A stretch of 47,573 nucleotides of DNA. Source: an uncultured Thermoplasmatales archaeon. Its GTDB lineage: Archaea > Thermoplasmatota > Thermoplasmata > Thermoplasmatales > GCA-001856825. The stretch lies in the NCBI GenBank assembly GCA_964391105.1, contig CAYMKC010000002.1, positions 1-47,573 on the forward strand, written 5' to 3'. The position numbers were made by a program, and so were the translations under genes. The notes beneath the pieces are model-generated. The model was not told the DNA's origin. It saw only the letters and a program-made list of their open reading frames with translations, and did no database searches. Positions 36,083-45,581 of the stretch are shown here, in pieces (the stretch's first letter is position 1; every line of letters begins with the position of its first letter).

Positions 36083-36610
36083 GTGTTCTGTCAGCAATGT
36101 GGTGCTGAAAACAGGGAAAGTGCAAGGTTCTGTGCCCATTGTGGAGCTCCTCTAGTGTCTAGCCCTGAACCAAGCAAGAGCTTCGCCCAAAAAGTACCCC
36201 AGCAGACATCTTATCAGAGTCAGCAGGGGATGCCATACAACAAGACCGTGCAATCAGAGCCGGCTATAACTTCTAGGCACTGGACCGTTACGGTGGCATT
36301 AGTGATTTGGATAATAGCGGTTCTGTCAAACCTCTATACGACAGCTATCGAGTTTGCATTCCATTACGATCCGGGAATTGGAGTTGGTCTAATACTAACG
36401 CTCCTGAGCTTCTTCACTGCCTACAACATGTACGACGCGGATAGAGATGGTCTTTACACGGGAATAACCGCAATAATAATCGCCTTCGTGTGGGACGTTT
36501 TCATTTCCAATTACATCTCCGTGGTGATAGTGATCGTGATAGCTATCTTCACAATACTTGCTGCTTCTCATCTTGTAAAGGGTGGAATCAAGAAACCAGC
36601 GACTCAGTAA
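36083..36610 (+). CDS. membrane protein with N-terminal cytoplasmic zinc ribbon
   Basis: 'FCQQCGAENRESARFCAHCGAPL' (CxxC-x10-CxxC), then a Q/S/P-rich linker and ~4 TM helices. The start is GTG. Confidence 0.6.
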   Translation: MFCQQCGAENRESARFCAHCGAPLVSSPEPSKSFAQKVPQQTSYQSQQGMPYNKTVQSEPAITSRHWTVTVALVIWIIAVLSNLYTTAIEFAFHYDPGIGVGLILTLLSFFTAYNMYDADRDGLYTGITAIIIAFVWDVFISNYISVVIVIVIAIFTILAASHLVKGGIKKPATQ

Positions 36611-36622
36611 GGACGAGATGAA

Positions 36623-37942
36623 ATGTCATTCCGGAAGAAAAGACAAGGTAACATTTTGCCCTCTACTGGAAACGCTACAAAGGATATGTGGGGGAGGGAC
36701 CCCTCCCAATTCATGAGAGAGATTGCGCCAGAATTCGTTGTTGGGGAGGGCAACCAAAAGGCACCTCCAGAGAAATACATAATGACAATGTGCCATGTGT
36801 GCCACTTACAGTTATTTCCGGAAAGGGAAGTTCCTGGGTTTTTCCCTGCTGCGACTCATTCTGAGAACACTCAATACGTTACTGGGGGAGGATTGTCACT
36901 CTGTGAGAGGCATTTCAAACTTGTGAATGAACTCACAAAGAGACAGATAACAGTTGACAAATGGCCAAGTCAACTTATCAGGGGCATAGTGACGTATTCG
37001 AGGGAGCAACTTCGATTCGCAAGAGACTCAATCGCCTCAGCTCAGCAGGGATTGTCGACAGTGCAGACAGTAAAAACCGTAATAACTCCTGCTCCCATCA
37101 TAGGCAATGCTTATTCTCCAGTGACACCCGGTGTGCAAACGGGAGCGTTCACCAATTATTTCTTCGCATTTCCAATGCAAAGACAGGTGGTCGACCAAAA
37201 TGCGGTAAACACAGCAGGAAACCTACAGAGCTCAATCCAGCTACAACAGCAGTACGCAGCTCACTTTAGTGAACAGCTCTCTAAGTATAACGAACTTCTT
37301 GAAAGAACCAGAAGAGAGAATCCTCCGAAGTTTGTCACCGATATCAGATGTGGCCAATCGGAGATGCCATTGGGAACAAAGACTTGCATATGGTGTGGTA
37401 AGAGTCAGGGTTATTCTGGAGACGTTGTTCCAGTCAACGTACTGGTGGAGGATGTAGATCCTATGGGTGTGGTCCCTATTTATGCCGATAGGACGGGAGC
37501 CAGTATCCTGAGCACGGACGTCGAAGATACGGGTGATGATGTTGATGATGAGTTTGACGAAAGTGAAGAGGAGAGTGAAGCGAACATGAGTGAAAACAAT
37601 GACGATGCCTTCTGCACTCAGTGCGGCATGAAAGTGTCAGATCGAAAATCAAAATTCTGTGATAATTGCGGAGCTGCCATTGAATTAAAAACTAAACCCA
37701 CACCTGCCAGCAATCAAGGTGGTAGGTCAAAATCTGTGGACACATCTCCTAGCGGTGCCCTGACGGGGTCCAAGAAGGAAGAAGAACCAGGAGATCGCAG
37801 TGCCTCAACGCTTTCAGTTTCGAATATACCTCCTACCCCAAAGGAGCCAATTAAATACTGCCCCGAGTGTGGAAAGAAACTGCCTTTTGAAATAGTCAAG
37901 TTTTGTCCGTACTGCGGGACGAAGATTCCACCGATGAGTTAA
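36623..37942 (+). CDS. soluble multi-zinc-ribbon protein (four Cys/His clusters, acidic tract), function unknown
   Basis: The four clusters are 'CHVCH..x..CERH', 'CGQS..CIWCG', 'FCTQCGMKVSDRKSKFCDNCG' and 'YCPECGKKLPFEIVKFCPYCG'. There is a Q-rich middle and the acidic run 'DTGDDVDDEFDESEEESE'. It starts 12 nt after the preceding gene. Confidence 0.6.
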   Translation: MSFRKKRQGNILPSTGNATKDMWGRDPSQFMREIAPEFVVGEGNQKAPPEKYIMTMCHVCHLQLFPEREVPGFFPAATHSENTQYVTGGGLSLCERHFKLVNELTKRQITVDKWPSQLIRGIVTYSREQLRFARDSIASAQQGLSTVQTVKTVITPAPIIGNAYSPVTPGVQTGAFTNYFFAFPMQRQVVDQNAVNTAGNLQSSIQLQQQYAAHFSEQLSKYNELLERTRRENPPKFVTDIRCGQSEMPLGTKTCIWCGKSQGYSGDVVPVNVLVEDVDPMGVVPIYADRTGASILSTDVEDTGDDVDDEFDESEEESEANMSENNDDAFCTQCGMKVSDRKSKFCDNCGAAIELKTKPTPASNQGGRSKSVDTSPSGALTGSKKEEEPGDRSASTLSVSNIPPTPKEPIKYCPECGKKLPFEIVKFCPYCGTKIPPMS

Positions 37943-38014
37943 GTCCCACATAAACAACAATGTTTCAGGATATCTGGATTGAACGGACTCTGCGTGGAGC
38001 ACAACGGTCTCGCA

Positions 38015-39940
38015 CTAAGCGTTGTGAGAAATGAATTCGAGTGCCTCGCTAAGCTCGGTGCTGGTTAACTGGCATGATTTGTCATCACAGATTTGTATGA
38101 CATCATTTCCAGGTACGGATACGATGTTCGGCAGGTACATCTTCCCGGATGCCGAGAGATATTCTTCCTTGAACTGGGCAGGAATCTCTATCCTCTTATT
38201 CTTGCCATTAAACAGGAGAGCAGAGAGCAAGAAGACAGAGGAGAGAGGGCTCCTCAATATCTCATTTCTTCTCGAGTGAAGTATTGAGTCGCTGAATTCC
38301 CTGAACTCCTCAGCACCAGTCACAAGGTAAAGCTTTTCCAGCACGGCATAGAGAACGGATTCTCCAGATGGATATATAATGTCCAGCCTGTCCTTGTTTT
38401 TCAGCATTGTTTTGAATTTTCCCTCTGGACTTGCGAAGAAACCACCGTCTTTTGCATCAAGGAACTTGTCCTTGACTGTGTTGACTTTTTTGATTGCCTC
38501 CGAGAGGTATTTTTTGTCACCAGTGGCCTCATAAAGGTCGATCATCAGGGAAGAATAGTACGCATAGTCTTCAAGCAGTCCTTCGACTCCTTGAACACCG
38601 TTTCTGACAGTTCTGAATAGAAGCTCTCCTTTGGAGAATGAATTCATCAATTTCTTGGAAGTCTCTATTATTTCTTCGAAGCCCTTCCTGTCATTTGAAA
38701 TCGAGTGAGAAAGCATTGACGATACCAGCATGGAATTCCACGAGAGTATCGCCTTGTCATCCTTTTTCGGAGTACCTCTCCTGTTACGTTCCTCAAGGAT
38801 GACCTTGTTCAGTTCCTTTAAAGACTTTATCTTATCCTTGGATACATTGAATAGCTCCCTTCTTCTGAAAACTATCCGGTCCTCCAAGTCGCGGTCGAAA
38901 TAGTAACTCTCTTCGATCCTCTTCCTGGTATCTGCATCGAATTTCGCTTCTAGTTCCTTGTCGGTCCAGGTGTAGTATTCCCCTTCGTTTCCATTGAAAT
39001 CTGCGTCCAGACCGCTGTCATAGAAACCGTCTGAATTCTTCATTTCCTTGTTGACAAATTCAACGATTTCCCCCGCCACTTCAAGGAACGATTTGTCCCC
39101 TGAGAACCTATAGTACTGGGTATAGGTCTGAATGGCCATCGCCTGATCGTACAGCATCTTCTCAAAGTGGGGAATCTTCCACTCCGAATCAGTTGCGTAC
39201 CTGTGAAGACCGTATCCTACCTGGTCGTAAATGCCACCATTCCTCATGTTCTTTAGCGTCTTCTCTACCATGTAAGAAAGGTTCTTCAGTTTCTTGGAAT
39301 GCATATAGTTCATAAGGAAGAGCAAGTAGGGGAAATTGGGGAATTTTGGCTGTTCCCCGAATCCTCCGTTCTTCCTATCGTACATGCTCTGGAGGGTCTC
39401 GAGCGAATCGTCGAACCTTATGTCTCCTTCCATTTCCTTATCTGGGCTCAGTATTATGGAAGATACTTGGTCTGTGGCCTCAATTATCCTCCCTCTCTCG
39501 GACTTCCATATCTCAGAGATCGCGCTGAGGACTCCCACCATTCCTCCACCCCTTTCCGAGTCTCTGGCGGGAAGATAGGTAAAGACCTGGAAGGGTCTTC
39601 CGTCAGGCATCGCTATCACGTTCAGCGGCCATCCTCCGCTCCCATTCATGACCTGAGAGACGTTCATGTAAAACGAATCCACGTCTGGCCTCTCCTCCCT
39701 GTCAACAACCACCGGAACGAAGTCTTCGTTCAGGATCCTTGAAACTTCTTCATCTCTGAACGATTCCTTCTGCATCACGTGACACCAGTGGCATGTGGAG
39801 TAGCCTATGGTTATGAAGAGAGGTTTGTCCTCTCCCTTAGAACGCTCGAACAGTTTGTCGTCCCAGACATTCCACCTAACAGGATCGGATCTGTGATCTT
39901 CTAGGTAAGGGCTCCTTAAGAAATTCTCCTCATTGTTCAT
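38015..39940 (-). CDS. thioredoxin-domain protein of the DUF255/YyaL family
   Basis: 641 aa. The N-terminal 'PLFITIGYSTCHWCHVMQKESF' is the family's CxxC thioredoxin-fold signature. A long alpha-helical C-terminal domain follows. Confidence 0.85.
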   Translation of the reverse strand: MNNEENFLRSPYLEDHRSDPVRWNVWDDKLFERSKGEDKPLFITIGYSTCHWCHVMQKESFRDEEVSRILNEDFVPVVVDREERPDVDSFYMNVSQVMNGSGGWPLNVIAMPDGRPFQVFTYLPARDSERGGGMVGVLSAISEIWKSERGRIIEATDQVSSIILSPDKEMEGDIRFDDSLETLQSMYDRKNGGFGEQPKFPNFPYLLFLMNYMHSKKLKNLSYMVEKTLKNMRNGGIYDQVGYGLHRYATDSEWKIPHFEKMLYDQAMAIQTYTQYYRFSGDKSFLEVAGEIVEFVNKEMKNSDGFYDSGLDADFNGNEGEYYTWTDKELEAKFDADTRKRIEESYYFDRDLEDRIVFRRRELFNVSKDKIKSLKELNKVILEERNRRGTPKKDDKAILSWNSMLVSSMLSHSISNDRKGFEEIIETSKKLMNSFSKGELLFRTVRNGVQGVEGLLEDYAYYSSLMIDLYEATGDKKYLSEAIKKVNTVKDKFLDAKDGGFFASPEGKFKTMLKNKDRLDIIYPSGESVLYAVLEKLYLVTGAEEFREFSDSILHSRRNEILRSPLSSVFLLSALLFNGKNKRIEIPAQFKEEYLSASGKMYLPNIVSVPGNDVIQICDDKSCQLTSTELSEALEFISHNA

Positions 39941-40029
39941 TGTTTCTGGAATTGAAGCCGTATATTAATTGTTCTTCACTCCTATACAGAAATTGAAGAT
40001 GCTATGTCCGTTATTTTGTCAGCGCAGTG

Positions 40030-41658
40030 TCAGGTGAAGGTGAACCTCTTCCTCGAATAATCGAAGAGTCTGATCCATATCACGTAGCTCATTATGATTA
40101 TGACCACAATCATGAAAATGTCTATTGCATCCGTGTAGGGAAGATTCCCCTGCGCTATGGATTGGTCTATCATCTTCATCAAGCCATAGGTGACTGTATA
40201 GGTCCCGCTGGGAAGCCTTGAGTATTCTGCAACCATTAGGCCAGCCCAGTAACTCCCGATCGCAGACATGGAACCGGTGATCAATGCAGGTATTATGGCA
40301 GGTATCGTCAGATATTTCAGCCTAGCGAATCTCTTCAGCTTAATAGTCGTAGCGACCATCTCGTACTCCGTTGGAATGCTCCGCGCAGCGCCAAATACGT
40401 TGAAGAATATGTAGGAAGCGGCCGAAAGGAAAGTTATAATCAGGACATCGATGTTCAGTGAGATATCATAGTTGAACACTCTCATCAGAGAGGGCGTCAG
40501 GTAAACGAGAATCAGAGGGTAAAATATTGGTGCTGGAACGGAATAGAGGACCTGCATGCTCCCGTTTATCAAGTCCCCCTCCCTTCTCTTCCTCCCCGCG
40601 ATGATTGCGAGAGGAACCATAGTCAAAAGGGAGAATAAATACACTATTGCAATTCTCAACAGATCGTAAGCCGTTCCGATTCCAGCCTCCTTCAGGAAAG
40701 AAGGTTTCACCACATAGAGAGAGAAAGCAGCAGCAAAACCGGACTGGGCAATCAGGTAAACCGCTATGACGAGAACGAGGATGAGGGAGGAACCTATCAT
40801 GATGTTGAGGACCCTTGAGGATGGGTTGATCCTTCTCCCACCCGTACTGGCCGTTGGGAGTTTTGATGCGACTCTTCCAACGGAAGTGACCAGTTGAGTG
40901 ACCGAACCAGCAACCTGGCTCGTTCTCTGGGATATCGAGGTCAGCAGCTCGCTCCTCCGCCTCGTCTTCCTCCGTCCCTGAGTTCCGGATTCGGTTTCGA
41001 AAGTGAATTTCTCAACCCGTCTTATCAGTGGATTTATGATGATTTGAGAGTTTAGAATGATCGCTATTATCATTACAAGAATCAGTAAGAGGGTACCGGC
41101 AAGGTCCTGTCTCTGGGCTAATGAAACTGCAACCTGCCCTATTCCAAAAACGTGGTAATTCTGGGTCCCCAGTGAAATTACCTCGGCCAGAGTGATGTAG
41201 AATAATCCGCTAGCAAAACTCGGCATGATGTTTGCGACGATCTTCTGGTAGCTCGATGGGACGTAAAGGTACTTCAGTTTTTTCCACAGCGTCAACTTGA
41301 ATGCGTGGGCCGACTCAATGAGTTCTGTCGGAATGTGAGAAACGGCCTGATAAACTCCGATGATGATGTTCCAGACGAGTGCAGTTATTATAAGCACGTC
41401 CACCGCCAGCTCCGTTCCAAGCGGTCCACCGACGTCCTTCAGGAAAAACACAAGGACGATTGGGAAGAACGAGATGACCGGGATCGCTTCCAGCACATCC
41501 ACGATCGGAATGAGTATCAATTCGGCAACTCTCACCCTCGCAGCAAGAATACCGAAAATGATGGCAATAAGAATCGAGATCCCCATCAGGATCCAGAGTC
41601 TGAGAAAGGTGATCCCGGTGGCCTCAAGTATGAGTAGTAAGAGGGCGAAACTTACCAT
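40030..41658 (-). CDS. ABC transporter permease with two tandem membrane domains (NitT/TauT-like, duplicated permease)
   Basis: 542 aa. Two blocks of ~6 TM helices are separated by a basic/Ser-Thr-rich cytoplasmic linker ('GTQGRRKTRRRSELLTSISQRTSQ'). It is divergent from the ATPase gene. Confidence 0.7.
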   Translation of the reverse strand: MVSFALLLLILEATGITFLRLWILMGISILIAIIFGILAARVRVAELILIPIVDVLEAIPVISFFPIVLVFFLKDVGGPLGTELAVDVLIITALVWNIIIGVYQAVSHIPTELIESAHAFKLTLWKKLKYLYVPSSYQKIVANIMPSFASGLFYITLAEVISLGTQNYHVFGIGQVAVSLAQRQDLAGTLLLILVMIIAIILNSQIIINPLIRRVEKFTFETESGTQGRRKTRRRSELLTSISQRTSQVAGSVTQLVTSVGRVASKLPTASTGGRRINPSSRVLNIMIGSSLILVLVIAVYLIAQSGFAAAFSLYVVKPSFLKEAGIGTAYDLLRIAIVYLFSLLTMVPLAIIAGRKRREGDLINGSMQVLYSVPAPIFYPLILVYLTPSLMRVFNYDISLNIDVLIITFLSAASYIFFNVFGAARSIPTEYEMVATTIKLKRFARLKYLTIPAIIPALITGSMSAIGSYWAGLMVAEYSRLPSGTYTVTYGLMKMIDQSIAQGNLPYTDAIDIFMIVVIIIMSYVIWIRLFDYSRKRFTFT

Positions 41659-41825
41659 ATTCTTCGTCCCTATAATAGGACCGTAGAAATCCTTTTCCTA
41701 TCTACATCTTCCAAGTTCTTCAGTCCAACTTTGCAGGGCTGTTTTGTCGCGAACTGATCATTCCATCCTTCAGTAAATAACAGTAAGCAGAGCAAGGCTT
41801 TATAGCATCAAGACCTTAAGATTTG

Positions 41826-42581
41826 ATGGGGTTCCTCGAACTAAAGGAAGTGGGAGTAGAATTCGAGTCGAACGGAAAGAAACTCCTCGCGCTGAGCAAC
41901 ATCTCATTCTCTGTGGAAACCAATCAGTTCGTTTCCATTATAGGTCCATCCGGGTCGGGAAAATCCACTATCATAAAGATATTGCTGGGTCTGCTTACTC
42001 CGTCCAGTGGATCTGTTACGATCAAGGGCAATCCCATCGGAAAAGAAAATTCCAAGATATCTGTGGTCTTCCAGAATGCCGCCCTCTTCCCCTGGCTGGA
42101 CGTTCTCAAGAACGTTGAGATTGCACTGGAGCCGTTGACAAACGATGAGAAATACATTCGGGAAACAGCAGAGAAGTTCATCAAGATAGTGGGAATAGAT
42201 GGTTTCGAAGAGGCGTATCCGAGAGAGCTCTCTGGTGGGATGAAACAGAGGGTCTCCATAGCGAGAGCGCTAGCTACGGGACCAGACCTCCTGCTCTTAG
42301 ATGAACCATTTGCAGCGCTAGACGTTTTTACGGCCCAGGCACTGAGAGAAGAACTCCTTGACCTGTGGGAATCGCCTACTTTCCCACCGGACACAATCTT
42401 GATGGTGACGCACAACGTCGATGAGGCTGTCCAGATGAGCGACAAGATCGTGGTGATGAGTTCTAGGCCGTCGAGAGTACTGGGAGAGGTGAAAATAGAG
42501 CTGCCAAGGCCCAGGAACACTAGAAGCGAGGAATTCTACGCAGTAGTGGACAGCGTAGTGAAGTTGATGTCGTCCGACTAG
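41826..42581 (+). CDS. ABC transporter ATP-binding protein (nitrate/sulfonate/taurine NitT/TauT family)
   Basis: Walker A 'GPSGSGKST', 'VFQNAALFPWLDVLKNV', signature 'LSGGMKQRVSIARAL' and Walker B 'LLLLDEPF'. I prefer ATG 41826 over TTG 41823. TATA-like 'ctttatag' lies ~24 nt upstream. Confidence 0.9.
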   Translation: MGFLELKEVGVEFESNGKKLLALSNISFSVETNQFVSIIGPSGSGKSTIIKILLGLLTPSSGSVTIKGNPIGKENSKISVVFQNAALFPWLDVLKNVEIALEPLTNDEKYIRETAEKFIKIVGIDGFEEAYPRELSGGMKQRVSIARALATGPDLLLLDEPFAALDVFTAQALREELLDLWESPTFPPDTILMVTHNVDEAVQMSDKIVVMSSRPSRVLGEVKIELPRPRNTRSEEFYAVVDSVVKLMSSD

Positions 42582-43060
42582 TCGTTAAAGACGATCAGCC
42601 CAACATCGCTATCGTACTTGAACAGCTTTGTGTACCGTCCCCAGTTGAGAACGATCTTGAACGTGTCGTCCTGCTCCCCTGGAGGAAAGACCTCGTTCAG
42701 GTAGCTGCCAACATCCTCCTTGGGGACCTCCGTCGTGTTTCGTGACTTGTAGTAGTTGATGAGAGTGTGGAATGGTTCGACGTCCTTTACGAGTGCGTGC
42801 AACATTTTCTTCCGCTGCTCAATGTTAGAGGAGAGAAACTTCTTTCCTATGTCGGTTATCGAAACGTCCCCATTGGAAATTGTTATGAGCTTCAGGCTCT
42901 CTGCATCGTCGAGGAGGTTCATGAGCATCGACCGCTCCTCATCTAGTGAGTCGTCCAATTTGGCTATGTCGGTTGGCTTCCCAATGTCCTCCAAAATCTC
43001 CAGTAGACCAATCAAACTATTGGGACTAGTAGTCTCAAGACGGTGCATGTATCGTTTCAA
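42578..43060 (-). CDS. stand-alone homolog of the C-terminal 'AAA-associated' domain found on some NitT/TauT ABC ATPases
   Basis: 160 aa. 'IGLLEILEDIGKPTDIAKLDD' and 'FKIVLNWGRYTKLFKYDSDVGLI' resemble my recollection of that domain (W.RYa.lf.Yd). Its stop codon overlaps the ATPase stop on the opposite strand within CTAG (42578-42581). Confidence 0.4.
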   Translation of the reverse strand: MKRYMHRLETTSPNSLIGLLEILEDIGKPTDIAKLDDSLDEERSMLMNLLDDAESLKLITISNGDVSITDIGKKFLSSNIEQRKKMLHALVKDVEPFHTLINYYKSRNTTEVPKEDVGSYLNEVFPPGEQDDTFKIVLNWGRYTKLFKYDSDVGLIVFND

Positions 43061-43185
43061 ATATCATTATCGTACCGAGTACAAATATTTGTTGATGTCT
43101 CCGACTTTACGTACTTAGCTGGAAAATAGTCCGTCCGTGTCTTTCATTTTAATACTTCCCGCCCCGTAATGCCGTACTATTTGAA

Positions 43186-45138
43186 CTACTTCCTGTCCTT
43201 CTCTCCGAGAGGCTCGAGCACGAATTGGTTGATCGTGTAGTTTCTCGGGGATGAGAATGGCTTGAACTCCTTCCCGTTGCCCTTATAGAACTTGCTGAAG
43301 AATTCCACATATATCAGTCTCGCTCCTTGAATTCCCGGTTCAAATATCGCTATGATCAAGTTCAACATCTGTCCAACTATCAGGATCACAAAACCAAGAA
43401 TTATCAATAGAACTGAGTGTGACGCAAGGGAGTTCTGAAAGAGGAAGTCAAAGACGTACGCAAGACCCACTGAGGCAAGGAGAATTCCAACTAGTCTTGT
43501 GTAGGAGAGGATGTGTGAGATTATAGTGGTAATCTCCAGCAACGCTTGACCCTTTTCAGAGTACAGAACCAGTACGAGGCCTACGCCCAACATTGGGAAT
43601 GCCGCGAGAGCGAAGTGGTTAGTTTGCGGATTCAGACCAGCTACGTTGTGGTAAATGACTTCGAGTCCTAGAATCACTATCGAGTACGCGACCAGAATCC
43701 ACCCAATTTTTCCGAGTGCTTCTTTCATGTGTCCTTGAGTGACGTTCACTATCAGACCAAGGACCAGGCCGAAGCTGACCATCGCCACTCCCGTGTAACC
43801 GGCAAAAAGGAGCAGTTTTCTGAGGCCGAAGCTGCTCAGAACGTCAAGGTGAGGATAGGCCAGATGGAATCCAAAGTATTCGTCGAAAAAGACTCCAAGT
43901 ACGATCGCTATTACTGCGCCCGGCAGCATAGCCTTGGCAAGTATCTTCAGACTCCTCTTGCTCATCATCATAAGTACGAATCTCGAAAGGAATTTCGGTA
44001 CGTGTGATACCCTGGGAGGATGGTCCACCCTGTGTATCAGCCACAGCGAGATTCCAAGGATGAATACGCCGTAGCCAACGTCTCCAATCATCAGACCAAA
44101 GAATATTGGAAATATGAGCGCGAATATCAGGGTGGGGTCCACCTCAATCGACTGCGGAAGTGAATAGAACCTTATGAAAAACTGGAAGAGTTTTATGCCG
44201 TTCGGGTTCTTGAGCGATGTCGGAGGCAACTCATCGGTGTCTAGTTCTTCTACCAGGACCTGATCCATCGTCACAGACGCGATTGCCTTTATCATGGGCT
44301 TGAGTTCATCGCTCGGTACCCAACCCTCCAGGATGAAGGACTTCTTCGTACCTACCAGTCTCGATGTGATATCGATCTTCTTCAGTTCTATATCTAGCTG
44401 CTCCCTTATGGCGGCCACGTTCGCATAATTCTCGTTGGAAATATTGGATATCTCCGCCCTCACAAGGGCCAGGGCTTCCGTCTGTCTGTCTCTCTTCGCT
44501 ACCTCAGCCTCCAGGCAGTCCTTGACTTTCCCGGTTGCATCCGGAATCGGCGTGAGATCTATCTTCTCGTTCTTGGCGAACTCCCCGAACTTGCTCTGTT
44601 CCTCCTTAGGCACAACTGCTATGAGATCCTTATCTCCGGCTACTATCATCGCGTCCTTGAACGTCCTCAGTTTCGAGGCAGTCTCCTCATCGTTTTTTAC
44701 TATGAACGAGGTGAGGTTGTCTCCCTCGAGATAGCCAAGGTCTCCCTCGTAGAATGACAATCTTTCAAGGGCCGATATCCTCTCTCCGAGCAACTTGAGC
44801 GAAGACAGGGCGGACCCCTCTCCTTCCTTGAGAGTCTTGATCCTATCGTATAGCCCAATCTTTTCCGCTGCGTCCACGAGTTCCACAACGTTCCTGAAGA
44901 GTTTCTTCTCGTGTGCTTCGTTTGGATACAGCGACATCTCTAGGTCCCTGACCCTTCTTGCCAGTTCGCTCAACCTAGCATAGGATTCGCTCTGTGGGAG
45001 AGGTAAAAGTGCGTCGGAGTTGATGGAGACCTGCTCTACCTGGAAGATGCCAAGGTCGTGAAGCGCAGACAGTATAGCCCCTTCGTTCTGCTTCACGGAA
45101 TAGATCCTGACCTTCCTCATCTTCCTGGGCACTAGCAT
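43186..45138 (-). CDS. atpI: A-type (V-type) ATP synthase subunit I (membrane a-subunit)
   Basis: 650 aa. The soluble N-terminal half starts 'MLVPRKMRKVRIYSV', and the C-terminal half is polytopic. The ATG directly follows the atpH stop. Confidence 0.9.
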   Translation of the reverse strand: MLVPRKMRKVRIYSVKQNEGAILSALHDLGIFQVEQVSINSDALLPLPQSESYARLSELARRVRDLEMSLYPNEAHEKKLFRNVVELVDAAEKIGLYDRIKTLKEGEGSALSSLKLLGERISALERLSFYEGDLGYLEGDNLTSFIVKNDEETASKLRTFKDAMIVAGDKDLIAVVPKEEQSKFGEFAKNEKIDLTPIPDATGKVKDCLEAEVAKRDRQTEALALVRAEISNISNENYANVAAIREQLDIELKKIDITSRLVGTKKSFILEGWVPSDELKPMIKAIASVTMDQVLVEELDTDELPPTSLKNPNGIKLFQFFIRFYSLPQSIEVDPTLIFALIFPIFFGLMIGDVGYGVFILGISLWLIHRVDHPPRVSHVPKFLSRFVLMMMSKRSLKILAKAMLPGAVIAIVLGVFFDEYFGFHLAYPHLDVLSSFGLRKLLLFAGYTGVAMVSFGLVLGLIVNVTQGHMKEALGKIGWILVAYSIVILGLEVIYHNVAGLNPQTNHFALAAFPMLGVGLVLVLYSEKGQALLEITTIISHILSYTRLVGILLASVGLAYVFDFLFQNSLASHSVLLIILGFVILIVGQMLNLIIAIFEPGIQGARLIYVEFFSKFYKGNGKEFKPFSSPRNYTINQFVLEPLGEKDRK

Positions 45139-45456
45139 TTATTCGTCGTTCTCCATTACAATCTTGGCCATCTTTTCCACGACATCTCCCGATATCTCTC
45201 TCTTGAGCTTTGCTGCCTGGGCCTCAAACCTCTTCCTGATCTCGTCAATTTCTGCGGATGTAGATTGCATGCTTTCTCTCAGGTACGACTCATAGAGCTT
45301 CCTTGAGCTCAACTCTTCCTCTGATATGATCCTCTTTGCCTCTTCCACCGCAGCGCTCACGATCTGGGATCCCTTCTCCGCTGCACTCTCCAGTCTCTTC
45401 TGTGCCTCCGTCTCCCTCTCCTTTATTGCCTTCAGAGTCTCGATTTCGCTCGTCAA
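45139..45456 (-). CDS. atpH: A-type ATP synthase subunit H (peripheral-stalk, G-like)
   Basis: 105-aa charged coiled-coil ('LKAIKERETEAQKRLESAAEKG'), positioned directly upstream of atpI. The start is TTG, preceded by GGAGGT with a 6-nt spacer. Confidence 0.65.
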   Translation of the reverse strand: MTSEIETLKAIKERETEAQKRLESAAEKGSQIVSAAVEEAKRIISEEELSSRKLYESYLRESMQSTSAEIDEIRKRFEAQAAKLKREISGDVVEKMAKIVMENDE

Positions 45457-45581
45457 GTGATTACCTCCAAAACGATTACCATTGCAAGAACTACCATGAT
45501 GATGTTCACGACAAGAATGAGTCTCGTCACGTAGAAGAATTTCTTCTGTACAGGGTTCGCAAACCTAAACGCTTTCTTCAC
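45453..45581 (-). CDS. candidate 42-aa single-pass membrane micro-protein between atpD and atpH
   Basis: Hand translation, checked codon by codon, gives 'MKKAFRFANPVQKKFFYVTRLILVVNIIMVVLAMVIVLEVIT*'. The GTG start follows a purine-rich GAGGAGAGGG. The stop overlaps the atpH TTG (TTGA) and the start overlaps the atpD 3' end by 17 nt. It is too short to appear in the ORF track. Confidence 0.3.
   Translation of the reverse strand: MKKAFRFANPVQKKFFYVTRLILVVNIIMVVLAMVIVLEVIT

Noticed and set aside
41924-42520. 198-aa ORF antisense to the ABC ATPase gene
   Set aside because: It is a shadow ORF opposite a gene with all Walker and signature motifs. It is Ser-rich and low in complexity, with no start context.
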